A stretch of 62,949 nt of DNA, the filler included, from Octopus bimaculoides (taxonomy: Eukaryota), in assembly GCF_001194135.2 (NCBI RefSeq). It is 9 parts of 9 records of this genome, joined end to end, with 100 filler letters (N's around TTAATTAATTAA, not from the genome) between each part and the next. Parts side by side here need not be neighbours in the genome. Positions count along the whole stretch, not along the records: positions 37,496 to 48,281 come from NC_068985.1; positions 48,382 to 57,959 come from NC_068987.1; 7 more parts are not named here. One strand, 5' to 3'. Both the position numbers and the translations under genes were made by a program. The notes beneath the pieces were generated by a model that saw only the letters and a list, made by a program, of their open reading frames with translations, had not been told where the DNA came from and made no database searches. Of the stretch, positions 39,905 to 52,862 are shown piece after piece. The stretch's first letter is position 1, and every line of letters begins with the position of its first letter.

Positions 39905-40046
39905 ACATGTTTTATACATACATACATAAATATATACAAACATATATACATATGTGTAATATGCGCGTGTGCATAAATGTATGTATGTATGTATAAAAAG
40001 TTAATAAAATAAAATGATGAAAAATATAAAAGATGCTTGATACATA

Positions 40047-40077
<31 letters not shown>

Positions 40078-40610
40078 GTGCATATATGTATATGTGTATA
40101 TATATATGTATATATATATGTATATATATGTGTATATATATATGTATATATATATGTGTGTATATATATATGTGTATATATATGTATATATGTGCATATA
40201 TGTATATATGTGTATATATATATATATACACATGTATATATATATGCGTATGTATATATGCATATACATGTATGTATATTTGTGTGTGTATGTATATTTG
40301 TGTGTGTATGTNNNNNNNNNNATATATATGTATATATATATGTGTGTATATATATATGTGTATATATATGTATATATGTGCATATATGTATATATGTGTA
40401 TATATATATATATACACATGTATATATATATGCGTATGTATATATGCATATACATGTATGTATATTTGTGTGTGTATGTATATTTGTGTGTGTATGTATA
40501 TACATATATGTATAAACATATGTATGTGTGTATGTGTGTATGTATGTGAGTATGTGTGTATGTATGTGTGTATGTATGTATGTATGTGTGTATGTATGTA
40601 TGTATGTGCA
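39905..40610. repeat. Compound (TA)/(TG)/(TATG) microsatellite block
   Basis: Low-complexity tract with a duplicated segment around a 10-N gap. Confidence 0.9.
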
Positions 40611-41554
40611 TGAATTCCACGGCTGTTCTTTTCAACTTTATTTTGTAAGTTTAATTTTTCATATTTCATACGAATTCCTTGCATTTTTATTCATACAGAA
40701 AAGTTCTGAATCCATCGTCAATATTTCTAGACTTCTTAGTTTCACTTTCAGGTTACAGTGATGTTGGTGTGTATCTCTATCTCTTTGTAATAGGCAATAA
40801 CAATGAAATTGGTGTAAACATTACCTCGGAATCTGAATTATGACTTACTATTTATGTCATCAGCTAGCTTGTGTGTGCTGTCTATTTATTTATTGAATTA
40901 CTTCATCATCAATTGTCTACTTTGTAATTATGTAGAGTACAGATGTGCAGACGATCAATGTTTCCAAATTTAGTTTTGTTTTTTAATATATAATGTAGTG
41001 CATTATAGTTACCCCTTGTTGTAAGTATCCGATAAACTAGCGTAGACATATAAATTGCATTATATGAATTAAATATACCCTAATTACAGAATAGATAAAC
41101 ACATGAAAACTTCGTAAAACATAGCGCATAATACAAACCATAAATTAAGAGAAATTATATGTTACAAAAATACTAAAATTAAAAACATTCTGATCACTAA
41201 GGAACCACACACGTAAATCCGATGATAAGCTACCAATAACCAATATGATAATAAATTCGATTACAAATATGCAATTTCCTGTGTATATAGGATGGGCATC
41301 TTTTAGTGTCAGTCAGTCAAATCTATTCACAAGGTTTTGGTGACCCAGACTCTAGCAGAAAATATTTGTGTGGTGCCATGCAAGGGGACTTCTTATCAAG
41401 CGCTGTTTTGTGTGGTAACGTGCAATAATTCCTTGTTGTCTTTTTATGGCTAACCAGCAGGAAAGTGCACATTATGAATATACACATACATACATACATA
41501 CATACATACATACATACATACATACATACATACATACGTATGAGTGTGTGTGTG

Positions 41555-42392
41555 GAATGTGACCAAGTGAGGTTCAATTTTCAACATAGTACCCTTGCAG
41601 CCTACACACTTTTTCCATTGGGTCCCATTGGTGAAGAAGCTATCATCTTGTTGCTCTAAAAGATCATCAATAGCAAATATGACTTCATTATGCGATACTG
41701 GTTCCCACTCAAGAGTTTCTCTTGTTGGAAAACAAATGATAGTCAGATTAACTCAAATCAGGAGAATAGGGAGACTGGTCAACTAGTCCGAAGCCACAGT
41801 CACGCATAGCAACCATTGAAAACAAGAACTCGTGTGTGCTGGAGCATTGTCTTTTTGAAACAAGTCCCCTTTCATCAGTTTTCTTGTGCGTTTAGTCTTG
41901 TTAGCCTTTTGTAACTGCTTCAGCAATTTGGCGTAGTACTCTCCATGAATAGGGTCATCACCTTCTCTGCTAATGAAACAACTTTGGTCTTCTTTGGAGC
42001 AGGTGAAGAAGAGTGTTTCCACTGCATGGATTCTGTCTTTGTCTCTGGCTAAAAGCGATGAGACCAACACTCATCTTGGGTTAGGAAACGCACAAGGAAA
42101 CCAGCATGATCTGTCTCAAACTATGTCAGATTTTCCTGTGGTGTGATTAGCCCGGTACGCTTTTGATCACGTGTTAGATGACGTGATTTCCTACCGAAGA
42201 ACTTGCGTCATGCCAAGTTCATTTTGCAAAATATTCTCAACTCTCTCACGGGATATTCTGATAGTATTAGCATGTCCACTAGCATACTGTCATTAATAAG
42301 AAGAATTGAGGTTAGAATTAATGCATGCAAGTTTTCACAAATGTAACATTATTCCTTCATAGTCAGCCTATGAATTTTTCACCTCACCCACG
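41555..42392 (-). mobile_element. Mariner (DD34D-type) element, decayed, N-terminal deletion
   Basis: The 5' TIR-like end reads TA|CGTGGGTGAGGTGAAAAATTCATAGGCTGAC. Protein remnants are FLTQDECW, GDLFQKDNAPAHTS and PYSPDL..SDYHLF. Same family as 59933. Confidence 0.85.
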
Positions 42393-42920
42393 TAAACTAG
42401 CCACAAACAAAAATAAACATCTACTCTGATATTGAATAAATTCAGAGATCAAAATTCCAGTTTCTGAGGTAACGTCTACAGCAATCACATTAGCTCATTC
42501 TATTATGAAAAGCTATGAATCGCTGGTCAACATCATTTCCGTCTGAAGATGAGACTGCGGAGGTATAGAAACGCTGATGAAGACATGTCATGAAAACATT
42601 ATTGCTGTAAACAGATCGCTAGAATCTAAAAGAAAATATATACAAAAATCCGATAAAACAATGGTGTATTAAGAATACTTTTCTTCGAATATATATATAT
42701 ATATATATATANNNNNNNNNNNNNNNNNNNNNNNNNNNNNNNNNNNNNNNNNNNNNNNNNNNNNNNNNNNNNNNNNNNNNNNNNNNNNNNNNNNNNNNNN
42801 NNNNNNNNNNNNNNNNNNNNNNNNNNNNNNNNNNNNNNNNNNNNNNNNNNNNNNNNNNNNNNNNNNNNNNNNNNNNNNNNNNNNNNNNNNNNNNNNNNNN
42901 NNNNNNNNNNNNNNNNNNNN

Positions 42921-43077
42921 TATTATTATCATTATTCAGATCACTGCCTGGAATCGAACTCGGAATCTTGGGTTAGTAGCCCGCGCTCTTAGCCACTACA
43001 CAATATGGCCGTGGGCGTAGTGGTTAAGAGCGCGGGCTACTAACCGCCAAGATTCCGGGTTCGATTCCAGGCAGTGA

Positions 43078-43115
<38 letters not shown>

Positions 43116-43270
43116 TCAAAAAATACCTTAGAAATGAGAGCCCAAGTTCGAAATCCCCCCCCCCCAAGACACCTAATGAAGGCTGGAGGGTATATCAGCC
43201 GAAAACGTTGTATTAACAAACAAGAGGAAGACAAATATCCGTCAATTGTAAATAATGTAAATAATGTGCG
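42921..43270. mobile_element. Composite repeat: inverted pair of tRNA-like heads, (AAT)n, and hammerhead-like motif
   Basis: Arms at about 42932-43000 and 43016-43086 are near-perfect reverse complements containing A-box TAGTGGTTAAG and B-box GGTTCGATTCC. Downstream at 43168-43213 is gacac-CTAATGA-a-GGCTG-loop-CAGCC-GAAA-ACGTT-gtatt. Confidence 0.75.
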
Positions 43271-43998
43271 TGTATCGACCTTTACTTTTCTGCTTCATAA
43301 GACAGTAACCCAACTCACATGTAAATGTACTGAGGTTCATTTAATAGCCCAAACCCCTTTAAAGTCGTGTCACAGCACGACTTCAACCCAATCAAGAGAA
43401 CCACCAATAGAATGAAAGAGTGTGTGTTCTAATCGGAATTAATGTTCTTAAAGATACTTGTTCGAACTGGTATGCATGATCAAAAGAAATGCATTCTTTT
43501 ATAGTTCTGTCTGTGATGGTGACGTACAGGTGTTTCACTTAATTTCTATGCCAGATTACATAGAGTTGTTGTTGTTGTTTAGTTCTAGTTCAGCCATTAG
43601 AGAGCTGATTAAAGGCATTCTATCGTCACTATCCTGTCTGTTGTAGGTTTGTCAATGATTTCATTATCTAGTGTATCGTTTCATTATTGAAGGCTGTGCG
43701 TTCTTATTATTCGTGGGAAATGTCGTTGCTATTTCTTGCCAGTCGAATATTTTTATTTGCCTGTTTTGATTGTCATTAGTACTTAGGATTATCATCATAC
43801 TATTTTAATTTTTCTTCTGCTTTGAAAGCAGTTAATTAACGGAAGTAGTAGGATAACAGACAAAATATCTTGTTATATTTAGTCACATCCTCTTACCCTT
43901 TAGTTTCTCAATTTGATTTTGCAAACCTTGACGCGCCAATGTTATCAGTCTTCAGAGATAGTCGTTTTCCGGAATCGTTAGAGCGTGATGCATTATTT

Positions 43999-44232
43999 AC
44001 TCTTTTACTCTTTTACTCTTTTACTTGTTTCAGTCATTTGACTGCGGCCATGCTGGAGCACCGCCTTTAGTCGAGCAAATCGACCCCAGGACTTATTCTT
44101 TGAAAGCCTAGTACATATTCTATCGGTCTCTTTTGCCGAACCGCTAAGTGACGGGGACATAAACACACCAGCATCGTTTGTCAAGCAATGCTAGGGGGAC
44201 AAACACAGACACACAAACACACACACACACAC

Positions 44233-44270
<38 letters not shown>

Positions 44271-44395
44271 NNNNNNNNNNNNNNNNNNNNNNNNNNNNNN
44301 NNNNNNNNNNNNNNNNNNNNNNNNNNNNNNNNNNNNNNNNNNNNNNNNNNNNNNNNNNNNNNNNNNNNNNNNNNNNNNNNNNNNNNNNNNNNNNN

Positions 44396-44434
<39 letters not shown>

Positions 44435-44595
44435 TACGACGGGCTTCTTTCAGTTTCCGTCTACCAAATCCACTCACAAGGCTTTGGTCGGCTCGAGGCT
44501 ATAGTAGAAGACATTTTCCCAAGATGTCACGGCAGTGGGACTGAACCCGGAACCATGTGGTTGGTAAGCAAGCTACTTACCACACAGTCACTCCT
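43999..44595 (-). mobile_element. SINE family 1, near full length with (AAAGAGT)n-type tail
   Basis: Reverse-complement head at about 44500-44595, internal microsatellite and gap, core and tail match the other copies. Confidence 0.92.
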
Positions 44596-46420
44596 TTAGT
44601 TATGTCACTCTAAGTTCTATGTTAAAATCGTTCTGAAATGAAATTGTGCTTATAGGGTCATAATCGTTTACACTCCCAAACACCGAAGACATAATTTTGT
44701 GACCATATAATCTATGCAAGAAATCATAATTTTCTATTATGTAAATTTCTCTCAAAAGAAAATAATCAGATTTACGATAGAAACCAAAATCTGTTTACCA
44801 TGATTTCCTGATTTCTAATAGAAAATTCCTCCCCGGGCTCTTGCAGACATTCACGCATACGCTCATACACACGGACACCCCTCCCCCATACAAGCACAGA
44901 TAAATATTTGGTTTTTTTCTTACTTTTGTTGCCTCTCTTTTACTTCATTACCATCCCTACTTTAATTTCTCTCCTTCTCATTCTTTTGCTCTGTTTTTCA
45001 TTTCTCTGTGCTTTATATATACACTTTATATACCTCTCTCTTACTCTCTTCCTTCTCTCTCTCCTCCTTTTCCTTCTCTCTCCTCTTTTTCCTTCCTCTC
45101 TCCATCTCTCTTTCCCCTCTCTTTCCCTTTCTCTCTCTCTTTCTCTCTCCCTCTCTTCTTTCTTCCAGTTTATTACTATATTAACAGAAATATGTCACCT
45201 GAATTTCTTGCTTACTTTTTGTATGGTTACCGCTGTTCCACCTCTTAGACACATAATTGTTTTTCATACTTTCTTCCACAGTTGCTTTTCTCCTTTTCGT
45301 TTCATTCTCCTCTTTATCTCCTTCTCCCTCACGTTCCCTCTCTTTCTCTCTGCTTTCCTTCAAAATTACCTAAACATTAACACAAGACTAAATTTGTAAT
45401 TAAATGATTCTCGATTTTACCATCACACTAACTCGTGATGAATAATGAATGAGGCCTCGTTTCGATAGCTGTCCTATAAGACATCCAAAACACCCAACCT
45501 TACTAGTGTCTCCCACCAACGAACATAGATTTGGTCAACTTTCAAACGAAATTTGATTTGGCTTCTTTTTTAGCTACTCATATTATTAAATATAAATTTT
45601 GTTTATGATAGATTCACGTTTTCTAGAAGGAATTACTAATTTTTTGGTAATGACACAAGACTAAAGATGGTATTGCTTTCGTTATCGTTATTGTTATTAT
45701 TTTGTCCCAGCTAAGCTATGATTGAGCAAACCTTTAAACAGAAGCGTTCAAGTCGTGTCCTCCCTGTCTTTTAAGACATTACTCACTTGCTGGGAAAATA
45801 AATGAGTAATGTTTTAAACCATGGAACAAGAAGAACAACAACAATAATAAAACAAGACGAAGAAGAAAAAGAAGAAAATTATGAAATTGATGATGATGGT
45901 GTGTGCGTACGTGTGTGCGTGTGTCTGTGTGTGTGTGTGGCCTGAGCGTGTCGTGTACGTGTGTTTGTGTATGCCTTTGACAAAGGTTGTAACACAAAGA
46001 TCAGATTAAAAAGAGTGAAACCAAATGCGAATCAATAAACATACATTTAAGTGTAACCAGTAAAATATATCAAACAATGACATTTATTTATATCACTTAT
46101 AATGATTAACCAAAGCTTACTATGAATACACACACGTTATGAGAAATACCTCCTGCTACGAATATTTCAAACTACTTTGCCCCTAGTCATTTATTTCAAA
46201 TTAATTTCTACAAAGAGGGAATATTTCTGTAACCTCTCAGCTTGCTAAAAATAGCAGTCAAATTTTCCTTCAATTTACTTCCAGAAGAAAGATACGACCA
46301 GGGAGGATATTCCAGAATGTCCACATACCACTGCGGAGGATTAGAGTTACTAGTTAGATATAACACGAGTGGTAAAAGGAACCGAGACGAATTTTGGAAA
46401 GAAAAAAGGAAGTTCTAGAT

Positions 46421-46672
46421 CAGTGTTTCTCAACCATTTTTGACCTATGGATCCCTTTGATTTCTGTTTTACTCCACTGGACCTCCATAGTCATTCGATG
46501 TATGGAAAAAGATCTTATTGTATTTTCATAAATATTATTAGAAATTGTATTAAGAATTTTTTTAATATTTTGTTTATTGTAGGAGTATTAGTAATTTATT
46601 TCACGTAAATTTTAGCAGCAAAATCAGATATGAACCCTAAAGGGCCATATGAATCCCGGCTGAGAACCACTG
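46421..46672. mobile_element. hAT (Charlie-type) MITE, 252 bp
   Basis: TIRs CAGTGTTTCTCAACC and CAGTGGTTCTCAGCC (reverse complement), with a perfect 8-bp TSD TTCTAGAT at 46413-46420 and 46673-46680. Confidence 0.95.
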
Positions 46673-47292
46673 TTCTAGATAAACTAGATCTGAATAGAAG
46701 GATTGATTACAGTTGCAATGTTTTTGATCATAAGCTTGCAGGATTAGGGCTTCAACTAGAGAGCTTGTAGATACCTCGAGCAAATTTTCTGGGCACTGCA
46801 CGCTACAGTCCTTACTACAGACGGTTACATTAAACAATGAAGTATTAGATATACAAGAAAATATATATAAATACGACTGAAAATACCATTGATTAAATGT
46901 CAGCTCTATCAGAAACTTGATTTCAGGATAAACAACCACAACAAAACTGCAGCAAATCAAATTCCCTATCTGTGGGTATATGTTTAATTGTTATCAGGAA
47001 TTCTTTGTGAGAAACAGCATCTTTACAATGAAATTAAATTAATATCCCTGAATCAGATAAAATATTATAGAAGCAAGGAAATGTATAGAAAATAATAGAC
47101 TGCTTATAACAGAATCCGTCTTTTTTTTAATTAAATTTATTTGGATTGAAAGACATGTCATTATTTTCTGATAACAATGTAAATGAAAACCCTGACAAAT
47201 AACATTGGAAGAAAGTAATTTAGCATTTGTAGATAAATATATTAGAAGACTAGAAGAGGATTAAACATAATGAAAGTATATGAAGATTATAC

Positions 47293-47342
<50 letters not shown>

Positions 47343-47497
47343 CATATGTGTATGTGTGTGTTTATGCATGTATTTAGATCTGGTGTGTAATAGCGCGTGC
47401 ATAATCAAGGTGATAGATCTGGATGTATAGACATAATATACACAATTATCTAAACAAATATAATTCGGATTTGATACATACATACATGCATAGATAC

Positions 47498-47575
47498 GCG
47501 TGGTTGTTGTCGTAAGTTCGCTTCGCAACCACATGGTTTCTGGTTCTATCTGCATAGCACCATGGGAAAATTTCT
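47498..47575 (+). mobile_element. SINE family 1 head fragment
   Basis: GCTTCGCAACCACATGGTTTCTGGTTC matches the head at 16368. Confidence 0.6.
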
Positions 47576-49565
47576 TTTCTTTTATCTCTTCTGAAGTGAC
47601 GCAGAGTGCTTATCTACCCTACAATTATTATTACGCTCTTTATCATTTACTGTTTAGCCAGTGCATATCATACACTTACATATGTCAAACACTCACAGCA
47701 ACAACGTTTATGTGTGTGTGAGCGCGTGTGTTTGTGCGCGCGCATGTGTGTGTTAATAGCGACCATTTATTGTTAACGTGTCTACTTGTATTTGTGTGGT
47801 ATGCGCGTCTGAATAGCCAAACCACATAGACATTACACTAACATACACGTAACTGAAATATTAACGTGTACATTTGTAGCCAATCTACGCAATACTATGC
47901 ACCTACACATCTTTTGGAAATGAAGAAAAATGATAAAAATAAAATATTTCTGAAACTTTCTCCCTGAAGTTGTTCTCTTTCTTTCTATACATGTAACGCA
48001 AAATATCAGTTATAATTATGCATTCATAGATTACTGAGAGGTTTTATTAGGAGAAAAATACATGTAAACTAATCAAATCACAAACTGGCAATTAACTCTG
48101 TTACATTAGGTAAATGTAGATTTTATTTTATAGTTTATATTACTATAGTAAGCAATAGTATTGTTGGTTACAGGTTTTCAACCGGTTAATCGTTGATTCA
48201 ATGCAATCTCCACGGTAACTGTGACAAAGTGAATGCATGTATTGCAGATCGTATTGAGATCCCTTCATAGAGTACGTTATANNNNNNNNNNNNNNNNNNN
48301 NNNNNNNNNNNNNNNNNNNNNNNNNTTAATTAATTAANNNNNNNNNNNNNNNNNNNNNNNNNNNNNNNNNNNNNNNNNNNNATATATAAGGGATATAGAT
48401 ATAGGGAGAGAGACATATACAAGTACATATTATTTTAAACATCATAGATGATGCTCTAATATCATTTTTTTTTTCGTTGATCGTTTTTGTTCCGAAACTT
48501 GAATAACTGTTTAGAAATACTCGAAACCAAAAAGTTTTAATGTGTACGCTAAAAGATATCATTCTGGTGCTGTAATATACGTGTAGAGAATTATCATAAT
48601 TCTGTATCAAACACTCTAATTATTGAGAGATGTTTAAATGTCTTTATCAAAATTTCCCTGGACAGAAGAAGAAAGAGCAGCCGGACCAGTTAATATGTGT
48701 CGTAATCTTATTTTATAAAAGATAAAGAGAAGCTGATCTCTGCCCGCCTGTCCGTCACAACATGAATTAATGTGAGGGAAAGAAGGGAAGGAATACAAAT
48801 ATATGTCGTAGTGTGTATTTAGAAGAATGAGAAGAAGAAAAGTTGTTGAAGGGAAGCTGTCTACCTGTCCGTCACAATATCTATTAGAAAAGAAAGAAGA
48901 GAAGGAATCAAAATATACGTCATATCGTGTATTTAGAAGATGGAATGTAGAAACAATTTTGTTGAGAGAGAAATAATGTGTGAGAGATATGGAGTGTGTG
49001 TAAAAGATAAACGATATCTTTTAAACTCTTTTCCGAGGTACTACTTCAGTACCCGGTAGTATCAAGGGTTTATGTGAACTGGCGAGACTATTTGGCACAT
49101 GTAATGCATTCTTATCAGTAGAGAACAATTTATAAACATTACCGCTGTGTTAGAAGGTTTCATGAACAACCATGTCCTCGCTTTAACGGATATGAATTTA
49201 ATCTTGCTGATACCAGTATTATTTTCCCGAATGTATTGGGTATAAATATACTGTTAATATCTTTTTATAGTGAAATAGTTGATTAAAAGTGATAGAAGTT
49301 CAGTATATTGTATTATGTAAATTTACTCCATATAGCCTTAAGCCGAGTATATATAATTATCATATTCTCTACTTTTTCCCGTCTAGAATCAGAATAACAA
49401 CATATTCTATATTACATCACTCCAATTCTCTTTCTCTCTCTTTCTTTATATACCTATCTCTCTCCACCTCTTTCTGCCACACGCCTTTGCGTGTGTGAAA
49501 ATATTTATGTATTTATGAACACACCTATACGTACATCCACACACAAAAACGCGCGCGCACACAAA

Positions 49566-49625
<60 letters not shown>

Positions 49626-49742
49626 NNNNNNNNNNNNNNNNNNNNNNNNNNNNNNNNNNNNNNNNNNNNNNNNNNNNNNNNNNNNNNNNNNNNNNNNNNN
49701 NNNNNNNNNNNNNNNNNNNNNNNNNNNNNNNNNNNNNNNNNN

Positions 49743-49773
<31 letters not shown>

Positions 49774-50449
49774 CCATGTATACATATTCATTCACACCTA
49801 CATATAAACGTATAGATGCATAAATTCATCTCTGTACATATATACATAAACATAGATGTGAGACCCAAATTTAGAAAAAGAAGAATTTGACACAAGAAGC
49901 AAATAACGCTCGGACGTTGTATGTTGCGCTTTGTTCCTTCTTAAATTTAAACTATGATGTCAGAAAATCAATTTATTTGGAGCAATTATTCTGGTATGTA
50001 TTATTAAATTACTAATCGTACTATTTCATAATTAATAGTTAATCAAATTCTTACTGTCATAATATCGGTAATATTCATATAGATTTGTCCTGAAAAATGT
50101 TTCCATATCTCTTTTAATTAGATTATTCCGCGCACAAATTTCACACACCATGTGTCATTAATGAAGGCTAATTGCTCGTTATTAAATGAGTTTTGTATAT
50201 GAAATCTATCGAGATAGCTTTTATGGTATCTTACTTATCTCATAGATTCATTATAAATTTATTCTCCTTCATATCCATATTATTCCTCATTCGAATAAGA
50301 CAAATTGTTTTAACTAAAAGTAAATTTAAATACCAAAAATAATCTTAGATAAATAATTTCGGAAAAATATCAGATTAGAAAAATTCATTATATTAATTCT
50401 TACAGATATAAGCACAAGACAATACATTTTGCGGGCAAGTAGTTATTCA

Positions 50450-50600
50450 ATACCATTCCGGTGCTTCATTTGTACTGTCTTTAATGATTCCAGAAAGATG
50501 AACGGCAGAGTCGAGTGCAGTTAAATTTGAACTTCGAACATACAGAGATGTAAACAATATTTCAAAGCTTTTTCCTGATGCTCTAACGATTCTGCCAGCA
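50450..50600 (-). mobile_element. SINE family 2, diverged
   Basis: The reverse complement begins GCTGGCAGAATCGTTAGAGCATC and contains AGTTCAAATT, as in the 55225 and 55566 copies. Confidence 0.65.
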
Positions 50601-50613
50601 GGCAGACCAAATA

Positions 50614-50648
<35 letters not shown>

Positions 50649-51630
50649 AACGACGACGACGATGATGATGATGAATTTTTAGGGTAGAATTTGTAGAAAG
50701 CCGGATAAAATCGTTATGTACGTTTATGTTCTCCCTTCCTATACCGCCAAAGTTGATTCTCTTGCTGCAATTTCCCAGAGCAAGAAAAATAAAACTGTTA
50801 CCTGAAGACTAGCGTCAGTACGACTTGCTTGGCGTTTTTTATAATGATTTCAGCGAAGGGAAATAGCTCAAATGTTGCCAAAGCCATCCATTTGAAAAAT
50901 GTTAATATTGATGTACAGAATGCTGTAAACAATGAATTCTGGATTCATTGTAATTTATTTGAGAAAAGAGAAGGAAATATTAGAGGCATTTGTGAGTGAT
51001 TCTATATTTAAATAGAGAGAATATGAAAAAAGATCGAGCTTCATATTACGAAATATTTTTCAGCCTTAGAGAAACGAAAGCCTGAAATTTCTACGAAAGA
51101 TATAACTATGGATTCCCTTGGATAATTGAGACGTCATCAGAACGGTAGGAATGTAGTCAGCTTTGTTTATCTCAGGTCAAAATTCTTTATATGTTGAATG
51201 GTGTTAAGCCAAAAGTTTTGTCAATATATATTTTATAGTAATATAACAAATATCTCTTTGTAAAAATGTATGGAATTTAGGTTTTGTATGTAGCCATGTA
51301 GCCACCGTTACTATTATGGGAAGGAAGTAGAATAACAATTTAGATTGCAAGAGAGGAAATGTTTAAGGTCTTCGATTACAAACGTATATATCCATGATAA
51401 AATTACTGCTGGGTTGACTTTCCGTTCTATCCTCCTGAAATTGATAAAAGAAATACCTACCATGAACCAAGACCAGTTATAATTTCTTTCCCACTAAGTT
51501 TAATCAATTTCATTTAGGGTCAGTTTCATTTCATATATTTAAAATGCGGTATCTTTTCATCACTTATAACTAGCATTCTGTAGCACATATATTTAAATTA
51601 CTTTTGAGATGTCTCTCCGTTTTAATTATA

Positions 51631-52862
51631 CACAGACTTAACAGAAGTAAGTAAACACCCTTACAATCACTAACATTTATTTAAATCTGAAATTATACAT
51701 TCAAATTATTTATTAATTATTACTGTCTGAATATTTAATATTTAGTGGACATGCCCTTTGCATTTTTCAATACAAGGACCCTATTAGGCATGTCACTGAT
51801 CAGATGAATTTCTTGCCAAGTTTCATGCAGAATTCTCAAACGATCTGGCTTTGAATATGCTTTCTTGTTCTTTTTAGGAAGTGTCCTGTCCATTATGTCA
51901 CAGGTGTTCAATAGGGTTCATATCTCGTGATAGTCTTGGATATGGAAGCTTTTTAATGCCATTATCATCCAAAGAATCTTGGGTCGTTTTAGACGTGTGA
52001 CCAGGAGCTCATTTTTCCATAAACAGTCTTCTTTAGTCATTTCATCACTGGAGAAGATTGGAAGGAATCCTTTCCGCTATACGGACACATATTTATCTGA
52101 GTTTATGTTTCCCTCCTCCCACTCCACCAGCTTTGATCAACCATTGCTCCAAATTCTCCACAGACCATCACAGAATAGCTGCTGTATTTCATTGTTAGTT
52201 GCAAACTTTTCACATCAAATTCTTGAACACAGAGTCTACAAACCCACACTCAAACACTGTCGGGAAATACAGCAAATCTGGTCTAGTTAGAGAATACGAC
52301 AGTGTCCCAAAAGACTAGTGGCCTCTCCACCATCTCACAAGCCCAATCTTTTCTCTGCTTGATATTGGCTGGTCAAAGAAATGACTTCCTTCTTGCTGCT
52401 CTGCCATAGTAGCCACGTTTGTGGAGATACCTGACAGTTGTGCTGGGACTGACATTAACTTGCTCTGCTATGTCAAAGGCCTTGCAACGGGGATTATCTT
52501 CCACACTTCTTTTAACAAAGAGAAGGGGCCTGTCAGAGTGCCCTGGTTGATTTGGGTGAGGTAATGTGGACTTTTTCCCCTCTCTGGTGAATTACACATT
52601 CATTCTATTAATTGAAGAAAGCGGGATCCCAAGGTTTTCTGCGATTTTACCCTATGTCCACCTTCAGAATGATCCGCAATACGGCTTCTTTGAAGTTCAG
52701 ACAGTTCCAAGGCTTCTTTTGTATATGGCATGATTCAATAGTCACATATAGTATCTGAAATATAAAAAAATATTAATTAATAAAAAATCCAAACCATTAT
52801 ATGTTAGAATAAACATAAAACGATGTTTTATGCGGTGTCTATTTATTTCTGCCATGTCTGTG
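51631..52862 (-). mobile_element. Tc1-family transposon, 1232 bp, decayed transposase
   Basis: About 29-bp imperfect TIRs CACAGACTTAACAGAAGTAAGTAAACACC and CACAGACATGGCAGAAATAAATAGACACC, with TA on both sides. Minus-strand remnant reads APGHTSKTTQDSLDDNGIKKLPYPRLSRDMNPIEHL. Confidence 0.9.

Noticed and set aside
40030-40500. Direct duplication of about 180 bp either side of a 10-N gap
   Set aside because: This is typical unmerged contig overlap in low-complexity sequence.
39859-40684. Long His/Tyr/Ile/Cys/Val-rich ORFs here and at many other positions, plus ORFs spanning N-runs
   Set aside because: They are translations of (TA)n, (TG)n and (TATG)n microsatellites or of gaps, and alternative start codons inflate their number.
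42572-42610. CTGATGA...GAAA hammerhead-like motif
   Set aside because: The core letters are intact, but stem II does not close properly next to GAAA and I found no convincing stem I/III or cleavage triplet.
43008-43080. Functional tRNA gene
   Set aside because: The acceptor stem is poorly paired, the ACT anticodon is atypical with no long variable arm, and the sequence is embedded in a repeat with an inverted twin. It is tRNA-derived, not a tRNA.
44930-45360. Long polypyrimidine tract (and the polypurine tract at about 13000-14130) as a triplex or regulatory element
   Set aside because: These are ordinary degenerate (CT/GA)n low-complexity sequences, common throughout this window, with no specific evidence of function.
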